Source: Spirochaetia bacterium (GTDB lineage Bacteria > Spirochaetota > Spirochaetia > SZUA-6 > Bin103). From it: 64,000 nucleotides of DNA. The notes under the pieces were generated by a model, which was not told where the DNA came from, made no database searches, and was given only the letters and a program-made list of their open reading frames with translations. Location of the stretch: positions 992,001-1,056,000 of the forward strand of contig CBDATQ010000002.1 of NCBI GenBank assembly GCA_965199955.1, read 5' to 3'. Position numbers and translations under genes: made by a program. Shown here in pieces: positions 30,943-43,124 of this stretch. The first letter of the stretch is position 1; the number at the start of each line of letters is the position of its first letter.

Positions 30943-31642
30943 GGCCGGCGCCTCAGCGCGAAGCCGGTGCCGGTCAGGAAGACGGCGATGCCGGACAGGA
31001 AGTAGACCAGGTCGCGGGAGTCGAGCACGCCGCGCGCGATGTTGCGGAAGTGGTAGTCCGCGCCCAAGTGCTGCACCACCTGGGTGATCCTGCCCGGCAC
31101 GTAGATCAGCAGGTCGTCGATCAGGGCCAGGCTCACCGAGATCGCCAAACCGATCACGAAGGCGACGATCTGGTTGCGGGTCAGAGCGGAGGCGAGCATG
31201 CCCACCGAGCAGTACAGCGCGATGAGCAGCACGGCGCCGATGTAGCCGGCGACCACCGGCCCCCAGTCCAGGTCCCCGAGCCGCGAGATCACGATCGGGT
31301 ACAGGACGGTCGGCGCCAGCACCAGCACGACGAAGCCGACGGCGCCGGTGAACTTGCCGATCAGGACGTCCAGGTGCGTTACCGGCAACGTGGCCAGCAC
31401 CTCGTAGGAGCCGGTGGAGAACTCCTCCGCGAACGCGCGCATGGTCACCGCCGGCACCATCAGCGCCAGGGTGAGCGGCAGCAGCTCGAAGAACTGGCGC
31501 AGGTCGGCGCGCCCGCCCAGGAAGAACGGCTGCATGAACAGCCAGCCGGTCATCACCAGGAAGACGATCGCGACGATGTAGCCGATCGGCGCCAGGAACG
31601 CCGCGCGCAGCTCGCGGCCGATGATCGACAGGGAGGCGCGGC

Positions 31643-31646
<4 letters not shown>
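30939..31646 (-). CDS. GldF-like ABC-2 permease
   Basis: PAVTMRAFAEEFSTGSYEVL, SALTRNQIVAF, RGVLDSRDLVYF. Confidence 0.9.
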
Positions 31647-32425
<779 letters not shown>

Positions 32426-32572
32426 CGAACGAACGCTCCGCTGCCTTTCCGGGACGCTACCGGTCGCGATCGGCGGGAATGCTCTGGTTGTCGAACAGCT
32501 CATCCCCCGGCGCCGTCTTCGCAACGCTGCTCATGGGGTCAAGATACCGCACGTGCCCCGACGGCGTCGCGG

Positions 32573-33490
32573 TCAGGCATCGATGAGCCGCGCCAGGTCG
32601 TCGGCGCAGGCGTCCAGGCCGAAGCGGGGGTTCCAGCCCCAGTCGCGCCGCGCGCTGGCGTCCTCCATGGCCGACGGGATGGTGCCGAGCATGGCGATCA
32701 CGTCGCGGTGCGGCTCGAAGCGGTAGCGGAACCCGTCCACGCGGCTGCTCACCGCGTCGGCGAAGTCCTGCGTCGAGGGCGAGAAGGCGTGCAGGTTGTA
32801 CACCCGCCGGGTCAGGCGCGTGCCGTCGGCGTCCACCAGCCCCAGGATCCCGTCGATCACGTCCCGCACGTAGATGGTCGTCACGCGCAGGTCGGGGGGG
32901 GCGGGGTACGCGAAGGCCTCGCCGCGGCGCGCTGCCAGGAAGGCGTGCGAGGGATAGGCGCTCACCGCGCCCGGCGGTGCGTACGGCGACACGACCACGG
33001 GCAGCCGCACGGCGCGGAAGTCCAGGCCGGCCGTCTGCCACAGGTAGACGCCCATGCGCTCGACCGCGACCTTGGTGACCCCGTAGATGGTCGACGGCCA
33101 CTGCGGCTGGTCCTCCGGCAGCGGGTCGGGGAGCTCGCCCGCGTAGGTGGCGAGGGTGCTGGGAAAGAAGAAACGGCTCACGCCGCGCTCGGCGGCCATG
33201 CGCAACAGCTCGACCGACGCGTTGGCGTTGACCTGCCAGGCGGTGGGCGGGTCGGCCTCCGAGGAGAGGGTCAACAGCGACGCCATGTGCAGGATGCACT
33301 CGGGCCGGACCTCGTCGAGGAGCCTCGCCATGCGGGCGCGGTCGGTGATGTCGGCCTGCTCGAAGCGGACGCCGGGGACGACCGGCGGTTCGCGGTCCAT
33401 GCCCGTGACCTCCTTGCCGGCGGCGTGCAGGCGCTCCACCAGCAGGCGCGCCAGGTTGCCGGCCGCGCCGGTCACCAGGTAGCGGGTCAT
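32573..33490 (-). CDS. NAD-dependent epimerase/dehydratase (threonine 3-dehydrogenase-like SDR)
   Basis: TGAAGNLA, YGVTK catalytic YxxxK, ARRDWGW. Confidence 0.85.
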   Translation of the reverse strand: MTRYLVTGAAGNLARLLVERLHAAGKEVTGMDREPPVVPGVRFEQADITDRARMARLLDEVRPECILHMASLLTLSSEADPPTAWQVNANASVELLRMAAERGVSRFFFPSTLATYAGELPDPLPEDQPQWPSTIYGVTKVAVERMGVYLWQTAGLDFRAVRLPVVVSPYAPPGAVSAYPSHAFLAARRGEAFAYPAPPDLRVTTIYVRDVIDGILGLVDADGTRLTRRVYNLHAFSPSTQDFADAVSSRVDGFRYRFEPHRDVIAMLGTIPSAMEDASARRDWGWNPRFGLDACADDLARLIDA

Positions 33491-35364
33491 CGGGCGCTCA
33501 CCGTGAGGGGGCCGTGGCGGCGGTCGGTGATCGGAAGCTCGCCCGCCAGCTCGATCAGGTCGGGTATGTCCAGGATCTCGCGCATGCCGAAACAGTACAG
33601 CGGATACTCCGCGCCGTTCGGGTCCACGTGCGACTCGATCAGGTCGTCCAGGGAGTAGGGCAGCCCGTCGGTGGTGACGCAGGCGTAGGCGTCCGGATCG
33701 CGTGCGGCGGCCAGCAACGCCACCATGGAGGCGACCCGGCCGGCGGCCTGCACCTGGACGGGCGCGCCGAAGCGATCGCGGGCCCAGGCGGCAGCGGCGG
33801 CGAGTTGGCCCACCTGCAGTCCCAGGACCGGGCGCCCGATCGCCCGCAGCAGCAGCGCGTAGGTTTGAGAGGCGGCCAGCAGGCCCGCGCCGATCAGGTC
33901 CACGTGCAGGAACGTCCGTCCCGTCTCACGGGCGCACGACTCCGGGTCGCCGGCGGCGCCCGACAAGGGGGCGCCGATGCTGACGATGGCGCCGGCGGCG
34001 CCGTCCGGGACGGCCAGACGGGCGGGCAGCGGCCAGTAGCCGTCAACCTGCAGCGTGATCTCCTCGACGCGTACGCCCAGCTCGTCCCGCACCCAGACCC
34101 AGCTCGCCTGCGTGGTTGCGGTGGTCACGGAGCTGTCGCGGTAGCCGATCACCCGGTCGAGGTCCTCGCGGGTCGGTTCGCGGGGCTGGTCCGCTTCGCG
34201 ACGCCGGAGCTCCTGCAGGCGATCGGTGGCGAGCGTCGCGAACGTCGCGCGCTCCTCGGGCAACCCGACCCACAGGTCGCGCTCGTGGTAGAGCTCGTCC
34301 CGGTACGGCAGCTCGCCTTCGGGCACGTCCAGGCCGAAGTGGCGGTTCACCCACGCGTAGCAGGCGAGGCGGTTGCCCAGGTCGTAGTTGTGGCCGGGAT
34401 CGGTGCCGATGTGCATGGCGCAGCGGTCGGCCACGCCCAGCAGCTCGTAGGCGCCGCGCGCCGCCTCGCAGGTGCCGGAGGCCGCCTTGTGCGGCTGGAA
34501 GCAGCAGTCGTCGTAGCGGTTGAAGATGAACAGCACCGGGCGCGGCGCCACCAGCGCCGACAGCACGTCGTAGTCGCCGATCGTGCACATGCCGGCCGGC
34601 AACTGCTCTGCGTCGCCCACGTCGGCCAGGTCGCGCCGGTCGGCCGCCGGCATGTGGCCGGCGACCGGCACGCTCACCGCCACGCGCTCGTCCAGCGCGG
34701 ACAGCACGATGGTCTGCCAGCCGCCGCCGGACAGCCCGGTCATGGCCACGCGCGACGGATCGGTCAGCTCGTGATCGATGAGCAGGTCCAGGGCGCGCTT
34801 CATGGTGAGGTAGAACACCCCGGCGCCGGCCTGGCCCAGCAGGTCCAGGAGCTGCTGGTGGTTGTGGGGCGCCAGGTTGGTCATCTCGCCGCGGCCGAGC
34901 AGCTCCAGGCTGAGCGCGGGCAGTCCGCGCCGTGCCAGGTTGCTGCAGCGCGCCTGCTTGTGCTCGACGGCGATGCCGCGCGATTCGTGGCCGTTCACGT
35001 CCAGCACGGCGGGGGTCGAGCGCTCGCCGCCCAGCGGCGTGGCCGGTTCGTAAAGGAGCGCGGGCACCCACACGCCGGGGTAGCCCTCCAAGCGCAGCTT
35101 GCGGATGCGGTACTCGGGGGAGGGTTCGAGCGTGTCGCCCCAGACCACCCGCGGCGGCTCGGCCAGCAGGTCCGGCGGATGGCCGTGCAGGTAGAGCTCC
35201 AGGTAGCGGGCGCGCAGCTCGGCGGCGCGGGTCTGCCACTCGGCCGCCGTGTCCGGCAGCGCGAGCCGCGGCCCGTGGCGGGCCACGTATTCGTACATCA
35301 GGCGGTTGCCGAGTTCGGGCCCGGCGGCTCCGGCGATCACCGGAGCGAGGGGAGATCCATTCAT
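33487..35364 (-). CDS. Acetylxylan-esterase-like alpha/beta hydrolase
   Basis: NGH, TGLSGGGWQT, DAEQ, DDCCF, HNY motifs. Confidence 0.75.
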   Translation of the reverse strand: MNGSPLAPVIAGAAGPELGNRLMYEYVARHGPRLALPDTAAEWQTRAAELRARYLELYLHGHPPDLLAEPPRVVWGDTLEPSPEYRIRKLRLEGYPGVWVPALLYEPATPLGGERSTPAVLDVNGHESRGIAVEHKQARCSNLARRGLPALSLELLGRGEMTNLAPHNHQQLLDLLGQAGAGVFYLTMKRALDLLIDHELTDPSRVAMTGLSGGGWQTIVLSALDERVAVSVPVAGHMPAADRRDLADVGDAEQLPAGMCTIGDYDVLSALVAPRPVLFIFNRYDDCCFQPHKAASGTCEAARGAYELLGVADRCAMHIGTDPGHNYDLGNRLACYAWVNRHFGLDVPEGELPYRDELYHERDLWVGLPEERATFATLATDRLQELRRREADQPREPTREDLDRVIGYRDSSVTTATTQASWVWVRDELGVRVEEITLQVDGYWPLPARLAVPDGAAGAIVSIGAPLSGAAGDPESCARETGRTFLHVDLIGAGLLAASQTYALLLRAIGRPVLGLQVGQLAAAAAWARDRFGAPVQVQAAGRVASMVALLAAARDPDAYACVTTDGLPYSLDDLIESHVDPNGAEYPLYCFGMREILDIPDLIELAGELPITDRRHGPLTVSAR

Positions 35365-35403
35365 GTCAGTGCTTGTTCCCGGATGGTGTGGTGCCGATGA
35401 TAC

Positions 35404-35600
35404 TCATGCGGCCACCAGGATCGGAACCCGGTGGATAACGTTGCCCAGGTAGCCCTTGGGGTTCCACGGCTGCCGGAACGTTTGCGCGCTGCGGGTGTCG
35501 TCGAACGCGCGCGCCCAGATCTCGTAGTAGCCCCGGTTCCGGAAGGTCAGGTCGGGCCTGCCAGTGGTGCCAGGCATAGCGGTTTGCCGGAGCGCTCAGG
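35404..35600 (-). pseudogene. C-terminal relic of a sulfite oxidase (SorA/SoxC-like) molybdoenzyme
   Basis: PANRYAWHHWQA [frameshift] DLTF..GYYEIWARAFD..PWNPKGYLGN. Confidence 0.75.
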
Positions 35601-35814
35601 GCAGCGGGGGCGAGCGTTGCGAGCGCCTTGACGCCGGTGAGCCCGTGCAGAACGCTGAGCGTCCGACGATGCCGTCCGTCGGTAGCAGCGAGCACGGCCC
35701 GCAGCGTTGAGGCTGGCTGGCGGCTGGTTGTACGCTATCGGGTGGCCGGGAGCCCGCCCGTAGGCTCGCGAGTCCAGATTCGTTCGACGGGGATCGTTCG
35801 ACGGGGATCATGGC

Positions 35815-37398
35815 ATGGCGCGACGACGGTCCGGGAAGCACGCAGGCGACGCGGGGGCGGTCCCGAACACCGCGGCCACCATCGGCCACGAGGCCAAGCT
35901 GTGGGCGATGGCCGACGCGCTGCGCGGCTCGATGGACGCCGCCGAGTACAAGCATGTCGTCCTCGGCCTCATCTTCCTCAAGTACATCTCCGACGCCTTC
36001 GAGGACCGTCACGCGGCCGTGCTTGCGCAGTGGGGCGAGGACGCCGCCGAGGACCGCGACGAGTACATCGCCGAGAACGTCTTCTGGGTGCCGGCCGAGG
36101 CCCGCTGGGCGCATCTGCGGGCGCAGGCGCGGCAGCCCACAGTCGGCCTGACGGTCGATCAGGCGATGGCCGCCATCGAGCGCGACAACCCGGCGCTCAA
36201 GGACGTGCTGCCGCGCGACTATGCCCGGCCGGCCCTCGACAAGCGGCGGCTTGGCCAGTTGATCGACCTCGTCAGCAACATCCGGGTCGGCGACGAGGAC
36301 GCCCGGTCCCGTGACTTGCTGGGCCGCGTCTACGAGTACTTCCTGTCGCAGTTCGCGAGTGCCGAAGGCAAGAAGGGCGGCGAGTTCTACACGCCGCGCT
36401 GCATCGTCAGCGTGTTGGTCGAGATGCTGGCGCCGTACCGGGGCCGGGTCTACGACCCCTGCTGCGGCTCGTCGGGGATGTTCGTGCAGTCAGTCAAGTT
36501 CGTGCGCGCCCACGCCAGCGGCAACGGGAACGGCGGCAGGGCCAAGGCGGACATCAGCATCTACGGGCAGGAGTCCAACTACACGACGTGGCGGCTCGCG
36601 AAGATGAACCTCGCCATCCGGGGCATCGAGGGCCAGATCGCCCACGGCGACAGCTTCCACAACGACCGTCACCCCGACCTGAAGGCCGACTACGTCCTCG
36701 CCAACCCGCCGTTCAACGTATCGGACTGGGGCGGCGAGCGGCTGGCCGACGACAAGCGGTGGCGCTACGGCGTGCCGCCGAAGGGCAAAGCCAACTTCTC
36801 GTGGGTGCAGCACATGGTGCACCATCTGGCCCCGGCCGGCATCGCGGGCTTCGTGCTCGCCAACGGGTCGATGTCGTCGAGTCAGTCGGGCGAGGGAGAG
36901 ATCCGGAAGAACCTGATCGAGGCGGATCTGGTGGACTGCATGGTGGCACTGCCGGGACAGCTCTTCTACTCGACGCAGATTCCGGCCTGCCTGTGGTTCC
37001 TGTCCCGGCGGCGACCGCGACGCGGCGAGATCCTGTTCATTGATGCCCGCAAGCTGGGCCGCATGGTGGACCGCACGCACCGCGAGCTGACCGACGACGA
37101 CATCGCCCGTATCGCCGGTACCTACCACGCTTGGCGTGACGGCGCGGACGCCTACGAGGATGTGCCCGGGTTCTGCAAGAGCGCCCCGGTCGACGAGGTG
37201 CGGCGGCACGGCCACGTGCTGACGCCAGGGCGCTATGTCGGCGCGGAGCCGCAGCCGGACGACGGCGAGCCGTTCGAGGACAAGATGCGTCGGTTGGTCG
37301 AGGATCTGCAAGCGCAGCAAGCGGAGGGAACGCGGCTCGACGCCGCCATCGCCAAGAACCTGACGGCTTTGGGGTTCAGTCTGGAGTCGTCGGAATGA
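35815..37398 (+). CDS. hsdM: Type I RM methyltransferase
   Basis: [37 protein letters not shown]. Confidence 0.95.
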   Translation: MARRRSGKHAGDAGAVPNTAATIGHEAKLWAMADALRGSMDAAEYKHVVLGLIFLKYISDAFEDRHAAVLAQWGEDAAEDRDEYIAENVFWVPAEARWAHLRAQARQPTVGLTVDQAMAAIERDNPALKDVLPRDYARPALDKRRLGQLIDLVSNIRVGDEDARSRDLLGRVYEYFLSQFASAEGKKGGEFYTPRCIVSVLVEMLAPYRGRVYDPCCGSSGMFVQSVKFVRAHASGNGNGGRAKADISIYGQESNYTTWRLAKMNLAIRGIEGQIAHGDSFHNDRHPDLKADYVLANPPFNVSDWGGERLADDKRWRYGVPPKGKANFSWVQHMVHHLAPAGIAGFVLANGSMSSSQSGEGEIRKNLIEADLVDCMVALPGQLFYSTQIPACLWFLSRRRPRRGEILFIDARKLGRMVDRTHRELTDDDIARIAGTYHAWRDGADAYEDVPGFCKSAPVDEVRRHGHVLTPGRYVGAEPQPDDGEPFEDKMRRLVEDLQAQQAEGTRLDAAIAKNLTALGFSLESSE

Positions 37399-37814
37399 AG
37401 CTCGACTACTCGGCCCTGGAAGACACGGTCGCTCATTTGCAGAGGAGCTTCGACTACCTGCACGGCGATCTTGCCCGCACGGACTCCGGTCTGCGGGAGC
37501 AGTTCCGAGCCGCCACCATCCAGGCGTTCGAGTTCACCTACGAGCTGGCGGTCAAGATGATCCAGAGACAGCTGGCCCAGATCGTCGCCAATCCCGGCGC
37601 CTTGCGGGAGATGGACTTCGCCGACCGGATGCGCGACGCGGCCGACGCCGGGATCGTTCGTGACGCCCTGCCCTACACCCGTTATCGGGAGCTGAGGAAC
37701 AAGACGTCCCACACGTACGATGCGGACCGGGCCGAGGAGACGGTCTCGGTGATCGACGAGTTCCTGCGCGACGTGCGTTTCCTCCTCCATGAGCTTCAGA
37801 AGCGCAACCCGTGA
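37395..37814 (+). CDS. HI0074-family HEPN (nucleotidyltransferase substrate-binding) protein
   Basis: [19 protein letters not shown] (R-X4-H); ATGA overlap with hsdM stop. Confidence 0.85.
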   Translation: MKLDYSALEDTVAHLQRSFDYLHGDLARTDSGLREQFRAATIQAFEFTYELAVKMIQRQLAQIVANPGALREMDFADRMRDAADAGIVRDALPYTRYRELRNKTSHTYDADRAEETVSVIDEFLRDVRFLLHELQKRNP

Positions 37815-38567
37815 CACCGATTGACGTTCGACCCGCGGATCTCGACACGATTCGGCGCATTCTGGGTCGGCATGTGCCTGACCTGGAGGTTTCGCGCCTT
37901 CGGATCACGGGTGACCTGGAACGCGCGCGAAACCTCCGATCTCGACCTTGCGCTGATGACGGACGAGCCGCTCACCCTCGCGCAAATGGCGGATCTGCGA
38001 GCCGCCTTCACGGACGCCGACCTGCCATTTCGCGTGGACATCGTGGATTGGGCGAGTGCGTCAGAGAAGTTTCTGAGCCTCGTCGAGGCAGAACACGCGA
38101 TCCTGGTTGATGGCAGCGGAAGTTGTCGCACGGATTCATGGCCCGCCCGGTCGATTGAAGACGTGTGTCTGCGTGTGACGAGCGGCGGGACACCAAGCCG
38201 ACGGCGGCCTTCATTCTACGAGGATGGCTGTTGGCCGTGGCTCAAGACACAGGAGCTGCAGGACGGATGGCTCGATGATTCTGAGGAGCACATAACGGAG
38301 GAGGCGTTAGCCTCGTCGTCGGCCAAAGTGCTGCCCCAGAACACCGTTCTTATGGCGATGTACGGCGGCGCCCCGACAGTCGGTAAGCTTGGCATCTTGC
38401 GACGTCCGATGACGTGCAACCAAGCCTGCTGTGCGATGATCGTGGATCCAGGGCAGGCCGATTATCGCTACTTGTTCTATCAGCTCCTACACGCGCGGCC
38501 GCGGATAACACCTCTCAACAGGTGCGGCTCAGCAGAACCTCAGTGGCCAGTTGATCAAGTCTCTAAA

Positions 38568-40559
38568 CCGAAGTTCCAGAGCGTGAATCTCTCGTAACTT
38601 CATTGACAGAAATTAGTTGCAAGGTGATCTGCGTGCTGATTGGCGTCGTTTCGTGTCCATGTAGATGGTGGTGAATAGCGGCGAGATACATGCTATTTGA
38701 TCTTGACATATCGTGACTTGTGTGTATTCTGTTGCCACAGATCAGTAGTCATGTACATCGAGTCTGTCCCCAACCGCTCCTCTCCCCCTGCCATCCTGCT
38801 CCGCGAGTCCTACCGCGAGCACGGCAAGGTCAAGAAGCGCACGCTCGCGAACCTCTCCAAATGGCCCCCTGATCTGGTCGACGGCTTGCGCACCCTGCTC
38901 AAGGGCGGCCACGCCTTCGCCTCGGTCTCGGATGCGTTGCTGCTCACGCGCTCGCTGCCCCACGGCCACGTCGCCGCCGTGCTGGGCATCCTCAAGCAGC
39001 TCGGACTCCATACCCTCATCGCCCGCAAGGCCAGCCGCTCGCGCGAGCTGATCATCGCCATGATCACCGCCCGCGTCATCGACGCGCAGTCCAAACTGGC
39101 CACCGCCCGCGCGCTCTCACCGCCCAGCGCCGTGTCCACCCTGGGCGAGTCGCTGCGGTTGGGGGAGGTCGATGAGAACGAGCTCTACGAGGCGATGGAC
39201 TGGTTGGTCGGGCGCCAGGCGGCGATCGAGGACCGCCTGGCCGAACAGCACCTCAGCGAGCACACGCTGGTGCTCTACGACGTGAGCTCGACCTACTTCG
39301 AGGGCAGCCACTGCGAGCTGGCGCAGTTGGGACACAGCCGTGACGGCAAGTCGGGCACGCTGCAGATCGTGTTCGGGCTGCTGTGCACCCAGGAAGGCTG
39401 TCCGGTGGCGGTGGAGGTATTCCCTGGCTCTACCGCCGACCCGAAGACGGTGAGCGCGCAGGTGGACAAGATCCGCACCCGCTTCGGACTCACGCGGGTG
39501 GTGCTGGTCGGCGACCGCGGGATGCTGAGCGCGGCGAGGATCCGCGAGGACCTGCAAGAGGTGGAGGGGCTGCGCTGGATCACCACGCTGCGCGCGCCGA
39601 CGATCCGCAAGCTGGTGGCCGCCGGCGAGGTGGCGCCGTCGTTGTTCGACGAGCGCGACCTGGCCGAGATCACCAGCGAGGAGTTTCCGGGCGAGCGGCT
39701 GATCGTGTGCCGCAACCCGTTGCTGGCCGACGAACGGGAGCGCAAGCGCCAGGAGCTGCTACAGGCCACCGAGCAGAAGCTGGCCCCGATCGCTCAGGCC
39801 ACCCAGCGCGTCCATCAGCCGCTACGGGGCGAGGCCGAGATCGGCATGCGGGTCGGCAAGGTGATCAATCACTACAAGGTGGGCAAGCACTTCGTGACCG
39901 AGATCACCTCCGAGTCGTTCAGCTTTCGGCGCGATGAGGCCAAGATCGACGCCGAGCAGGCGCTGGACGGGCTGTACATCGTGCGCAGCAACGTGGAGCC
40001 GCAGGTGCTCGACGCGGCGCAGACGGTGCGCGCCTACAAGGGGCTGTCGAAGGTGGAGCGGGCGTTTCGGTGCATGAAGTCCGTGGACCTGAAGGTGCGC
40101 CCGATTCACCACCGGCGCGCCGATCGAGTGCGGGCGCACGTGCTGCTGTGCATGCTGGCCTACTACGTGGAGTGGCACATGCGGCGCTCGCTGGCGCCGT
40201 TGCTGTTCGACGATCACGATCGACAGGGCGCCGAGCGCAAGCGGGTCTCCGAGGTGGCTCCGGCGCAGCGATCGGCGGCCGCGGCGGCCAAGGCGTCGAG
40301 CAAGCGCACCGAGGACGGGTTGCCGGTGCACAGCTTTCGCACGCTGATCACTGAGCTGGGCACGCTGACGGCGAACACGATGCAGGTTGCAGAGGGCGGC
40401 AGCACGTTCACGCTGCACACGCACCCGACACCGGTTCAGCAGCGCTGTTTCGAGCTGCTTGGGGTCACGCCCCGCATGTAGCCATGCACAGGAACCTGCA
40501 CCATTGAGAAACTACCCTGACCACAAGGACTTCAGGCAATTTCGCTCCTGGAACTTCGG
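38568..40559 (+). mobile_element. IS1634-family insertion sequence
   Basis: IR CCGAAGTTCCAG / CTGGAACTTCGG; 6-bp TSD TCTAAA at 38562-38567 and 40560-40565. Confidence 0.9.
38751..40481 (+). CDS. IS1634 DDE transposase
   Basis: [41 protein letters not shown]. Confidence 0.95.
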   Translation: MYIESVPNRSSPPAILLRESYREHGKVKKRTLANLSKWPPDLVDGLRTLLKGGHAFASVSDALLLTRSLPHGHVAAVLGILKQLGLHTLIARKASRSRELIIAMITARVIDAQSKLATARALSPPSAVSTLGESLRLGEVDENELYEAMDWLVGRQAAIEDRLAEQHLSEHTLVLYDVSSTYFEGSHCELAQLGHSRDGKSGTLQIVFGLLCTQEGCPVAVEVFPGSTADPKTVSAQVDKIRTRFGLTRVVLVGDRGMLSAARIREDLQEVEGLRWITTLRAPTIRKLVAAGEVAPSLFDERDLAEITSEEFPGERLIVCRNPLLADERERKRQELLQATEQKLAPIAQATQRVHQPLRGEAEIGMRVGKVINHYKVGKHFVTEITSESFSFRRDEAKIDAEQALDGLYIVRSNVEPQVLDAAQTVRAYKGLSKVERAFRCMKSVDLKVRPIHHRRADRVRAHVLLCMLAYYVEWHMRRSLAPLLFDDHDRQGAERKRVSEVAPAQRSAAAAAKASSKRTEDGLPVHSFRTLITELGTLTANTMQVAEGGSTFTLHTHPTPVQQRCFELLGVTPRM

Positions 40560-40830
40560 TCTAAAGTTCCCCTTTCCGCCCTTGCCCGAGCAGCGCGCCA
40601 TCGCGCACATTCTCGGCACGCTGGACGACAAGATCGAGCTGAACCGCCGGATGAATGCGACGCTGGAGGCGATGGCGCGTGCGCTGTTCCGGTCCTGGTT
40701 CGTGGATTTCGATCCGGTGCGGGCCAAGATGGAGGGCCGCGACACCGGGCTTCCGAAGGAGATCGCCGACCTGTTCCCAGACGCGCTGGACGATGAGGAC
40801 AAGCCCGTGGGGTGGCAGATCTACACCCTA

Positions 40831-42538
40831 GTTCCTGTCCGGTAACTCGCAACTCGTTTGAAGGGCTTGAGTTGAGGATCGAAAGGGGGCGGACAAAGAA
40901 ACGGTGTTTCGGCTACCATCGTTGGTGAAGTCCTAAACGATAGCCGAAACACCGGAGGTCAGATGCGCTCCACACGCATCATCCAGCCCAGCGTATTCCA
41001 AGCGCCCGAAGTTGTCCATCCCGTCGCCGAAGAGCTGGAACGTGCTTCCGGATGGCTCGATCAGCACGCGGAATTGCTCGAGGTGGTTGGCCGCTGTGTT
41101 GGCGGCTCGGTCGCCTGGGGTCGCCATGGCCTGACCTGCGAGACGATCCTGCGCTGCGCGGTGCTCAAACACCTGATGGGCTATTCGTACCGCGCGTTGG
41201 AGTTCGCCCTGCACGATTCGGCCACCATGCAGCGCTTCGCACGGGTCGATCCGTACGAGGTGCCGAAGAAGTCGGCGTTGCACGCCGGCATCAAGGCGAT
41301 CGACGCCGAGGCCTGGAGAAGCATCGAGGGCGTGCTGCTGCAGGACGCCAAGTTGCGAGGTATCGAGTCGGGCACTCAGGTGCGCATCGACAGCACCGTC
41401 ACCGACACGGACATCCTGGCACCGTCGGACAGCCGGCTGTTGTACGACGGCGTGCGGGTCCTGACGCGGTTGCTGCGCCAGGCGCGCGGGCGCTTGGCGG
41501 GGGTGTCGTTTCGCGACCACTGCCGCGCTGCCAAGCGGCGCGAGCAGGAGATCCGCTCGGGGCGCGGTGCGCGGCGGCCGGCGGCCACCTATCGGCGGCT
41601 GCTGAGGCTGGTGGCGCAGACGACCGGCTACGCGACGGCGGCGCGAGCGCGCGTGTGTTGCGTAACTGATCAGTGGGCCGGGAGTTGGTGGGCCGAGATG
41701 GGCGCCTGCCTGGAGCTGGTCGCGCGGGTGGTCGACCAGACGAAGCGACGCGTGTTCGACGGCGAAACGGTGCCAGCCAGTGAGAAGGTGGTGAGCCTGT
41801 TTGAGCCGCACACCGACATCATCGTCAAGGGTGGGCGTGCGACCGAGTACGGCCACAAGATCAACCTGAGCTCAGGGCGCAGCGGGCTGGTGCTCGATGT
41901 GGTGGTCGAGGCGGGCAACCCGGCCGACAGTACGCGCTGCCTGCCGATGCTGAGGCGGCATGCGGAGTTCTACGGCGAGCCGCCGAAGCGGGCGGCGTTC
42001 GATGGCGGATATGCGTCGCGGGAGAATCTGACGGAGGCCAAGAAGTTGGGCGTGGAGCACATGATGTTCCACAAGAAACGGGGCCTGGAGCAGACCGACA
42101 TGACGCCGTCGGCATGGATCTACGGTCAGTTGAAGCGCTTTCGGGCCGGTGCGGAAGCAGGAATCTCGTATCTGAAGCGCTGTTTTGGCCTGGAACGCTG
42201 CAACTGGAGTGGCTGGGACCATTTTCAGGCGTACGTGCACTCGGCGGTGTTCGCCCACAACCTGATGCGGCTGGTCCGTTTACTGCCCACTTGAGGCAAT
42301 CTGGCCGGAGTCGGTCGTCCTTCTTTGACAATTTCTCAGGTACATTGATGGGACTCGTGCGAGCTCGATGTCTCGATACCCCAGAACATATCGCCGATGA
42401 CCTCGAAACCGGCTCCTCAAGCGGTGTCAAAACCAAGCTCGTCTGCGTCTGATTCCTGATTCCCAAAGGTCCTGTCCACCCTCGAGACGCTCTTCCCCTG
42501 ACTCGCTCTCCCGAAACCGGGGATTGCCGGACAGGAAC
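40831..42538 (+). mobile_element. ISNCY-type (IS5-like DDE) insertion sequence
   Basis: IR GTTCCTGTCCGG / CCGGACAGGAAC; 6-bp TSD ACCCTA at 40825-40830 and 42539-42544. Confidence 0.9.
40963..42294 (+). CDS. ISNCY-type DDE transposase
   Basis: RIDSTV, SLFEPHTDII, GNPAD, AFDGGY, FRAGAEAGISYLKR. Confidence 0.9.
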   Translation: MRSTRIIQPSVFQAPEVVHPVAEELERASGWLDQHAELLEVVGRCVGGSVAWGRHGLTCETILRCAVLKHLMGYSYRALEFALHDSATMQRFARVDPYEVPKKSALHAGIKAIDAEAWRSIEGVLLQDAKLRGIESGTQVRIDSTVTDTDILAPSDSRLLYDGVRVLTRLLRQARGRLAGVSFRDHCRAAKRREQEIRSGRGARRPAATYRRLLRLVAQTTGYATAARARVCCVTDQWAGSWWAEMGACLELVARVVDQTKRRVFDGETVPASEKVVSLFEPHTDIIVKGGRATEYGHKINLSSGRSGLVLDVVVEAGNPADSTRCLPMLRRHAEFYGEPPKRAAFDGGYASRENLTEAKKLGVEHMMFHKKRGLEQTDMTPSAWIYGQLKRFRAGAEAGISYLKRCFGLERCNWSGWDHFQAYVHSAVFAHNLMRLVRLLPT

Positions 42539-43124
42539 ACCCTAAGCGATCTGGTGCATCATCACCGCGCGACGGTTTCGCCTAGCACCGAACCTGCGTG
42601 TATCTTCGAGCACTACAGTATCCCATCTTACGATGCGGCGAACGAGCCGTCCCTCGATACCGGTGGCTCAATCAAGAGTAATAAGACAATCGTGGCGGAT
42701 GGGGCAGTTCTTCTCTCCAAATTGAATCCGGAGATTGAAAGGGTATGGTTGCCCAACCCAAAGAAAGAAATACCTCAAGTCGCATCTACCGAATTCCTGG
42801 CCCTTACACCTCTTTCACCGGCGACCAGCAGCATTCTGTACTGCCTCTTTAGAAGCCCAGAATTCAGGGGGGAAATGGCCGCTATGGTCACCGGAACATC
42901 AAAGAGCCATCAGCGCGTTCCGCCGAAGGCCTTGCTGTCTCGCGAGGTGCTGGTTGCAGACTCGCGGTTGTTTTCTTCGTTTGATCAGATGGTTCGTCTC
43001 TTCCTTGATCGATTGCTGTTAAACCGCCAGGAAGTGCGAACGCTGGCTGAAATCCGCGACCTCCTCCTCCCGAAACTCACGTCGGGGGAAATACGCCTCC
43101 GGGATGCTGAAAAGAGATCGTGGC

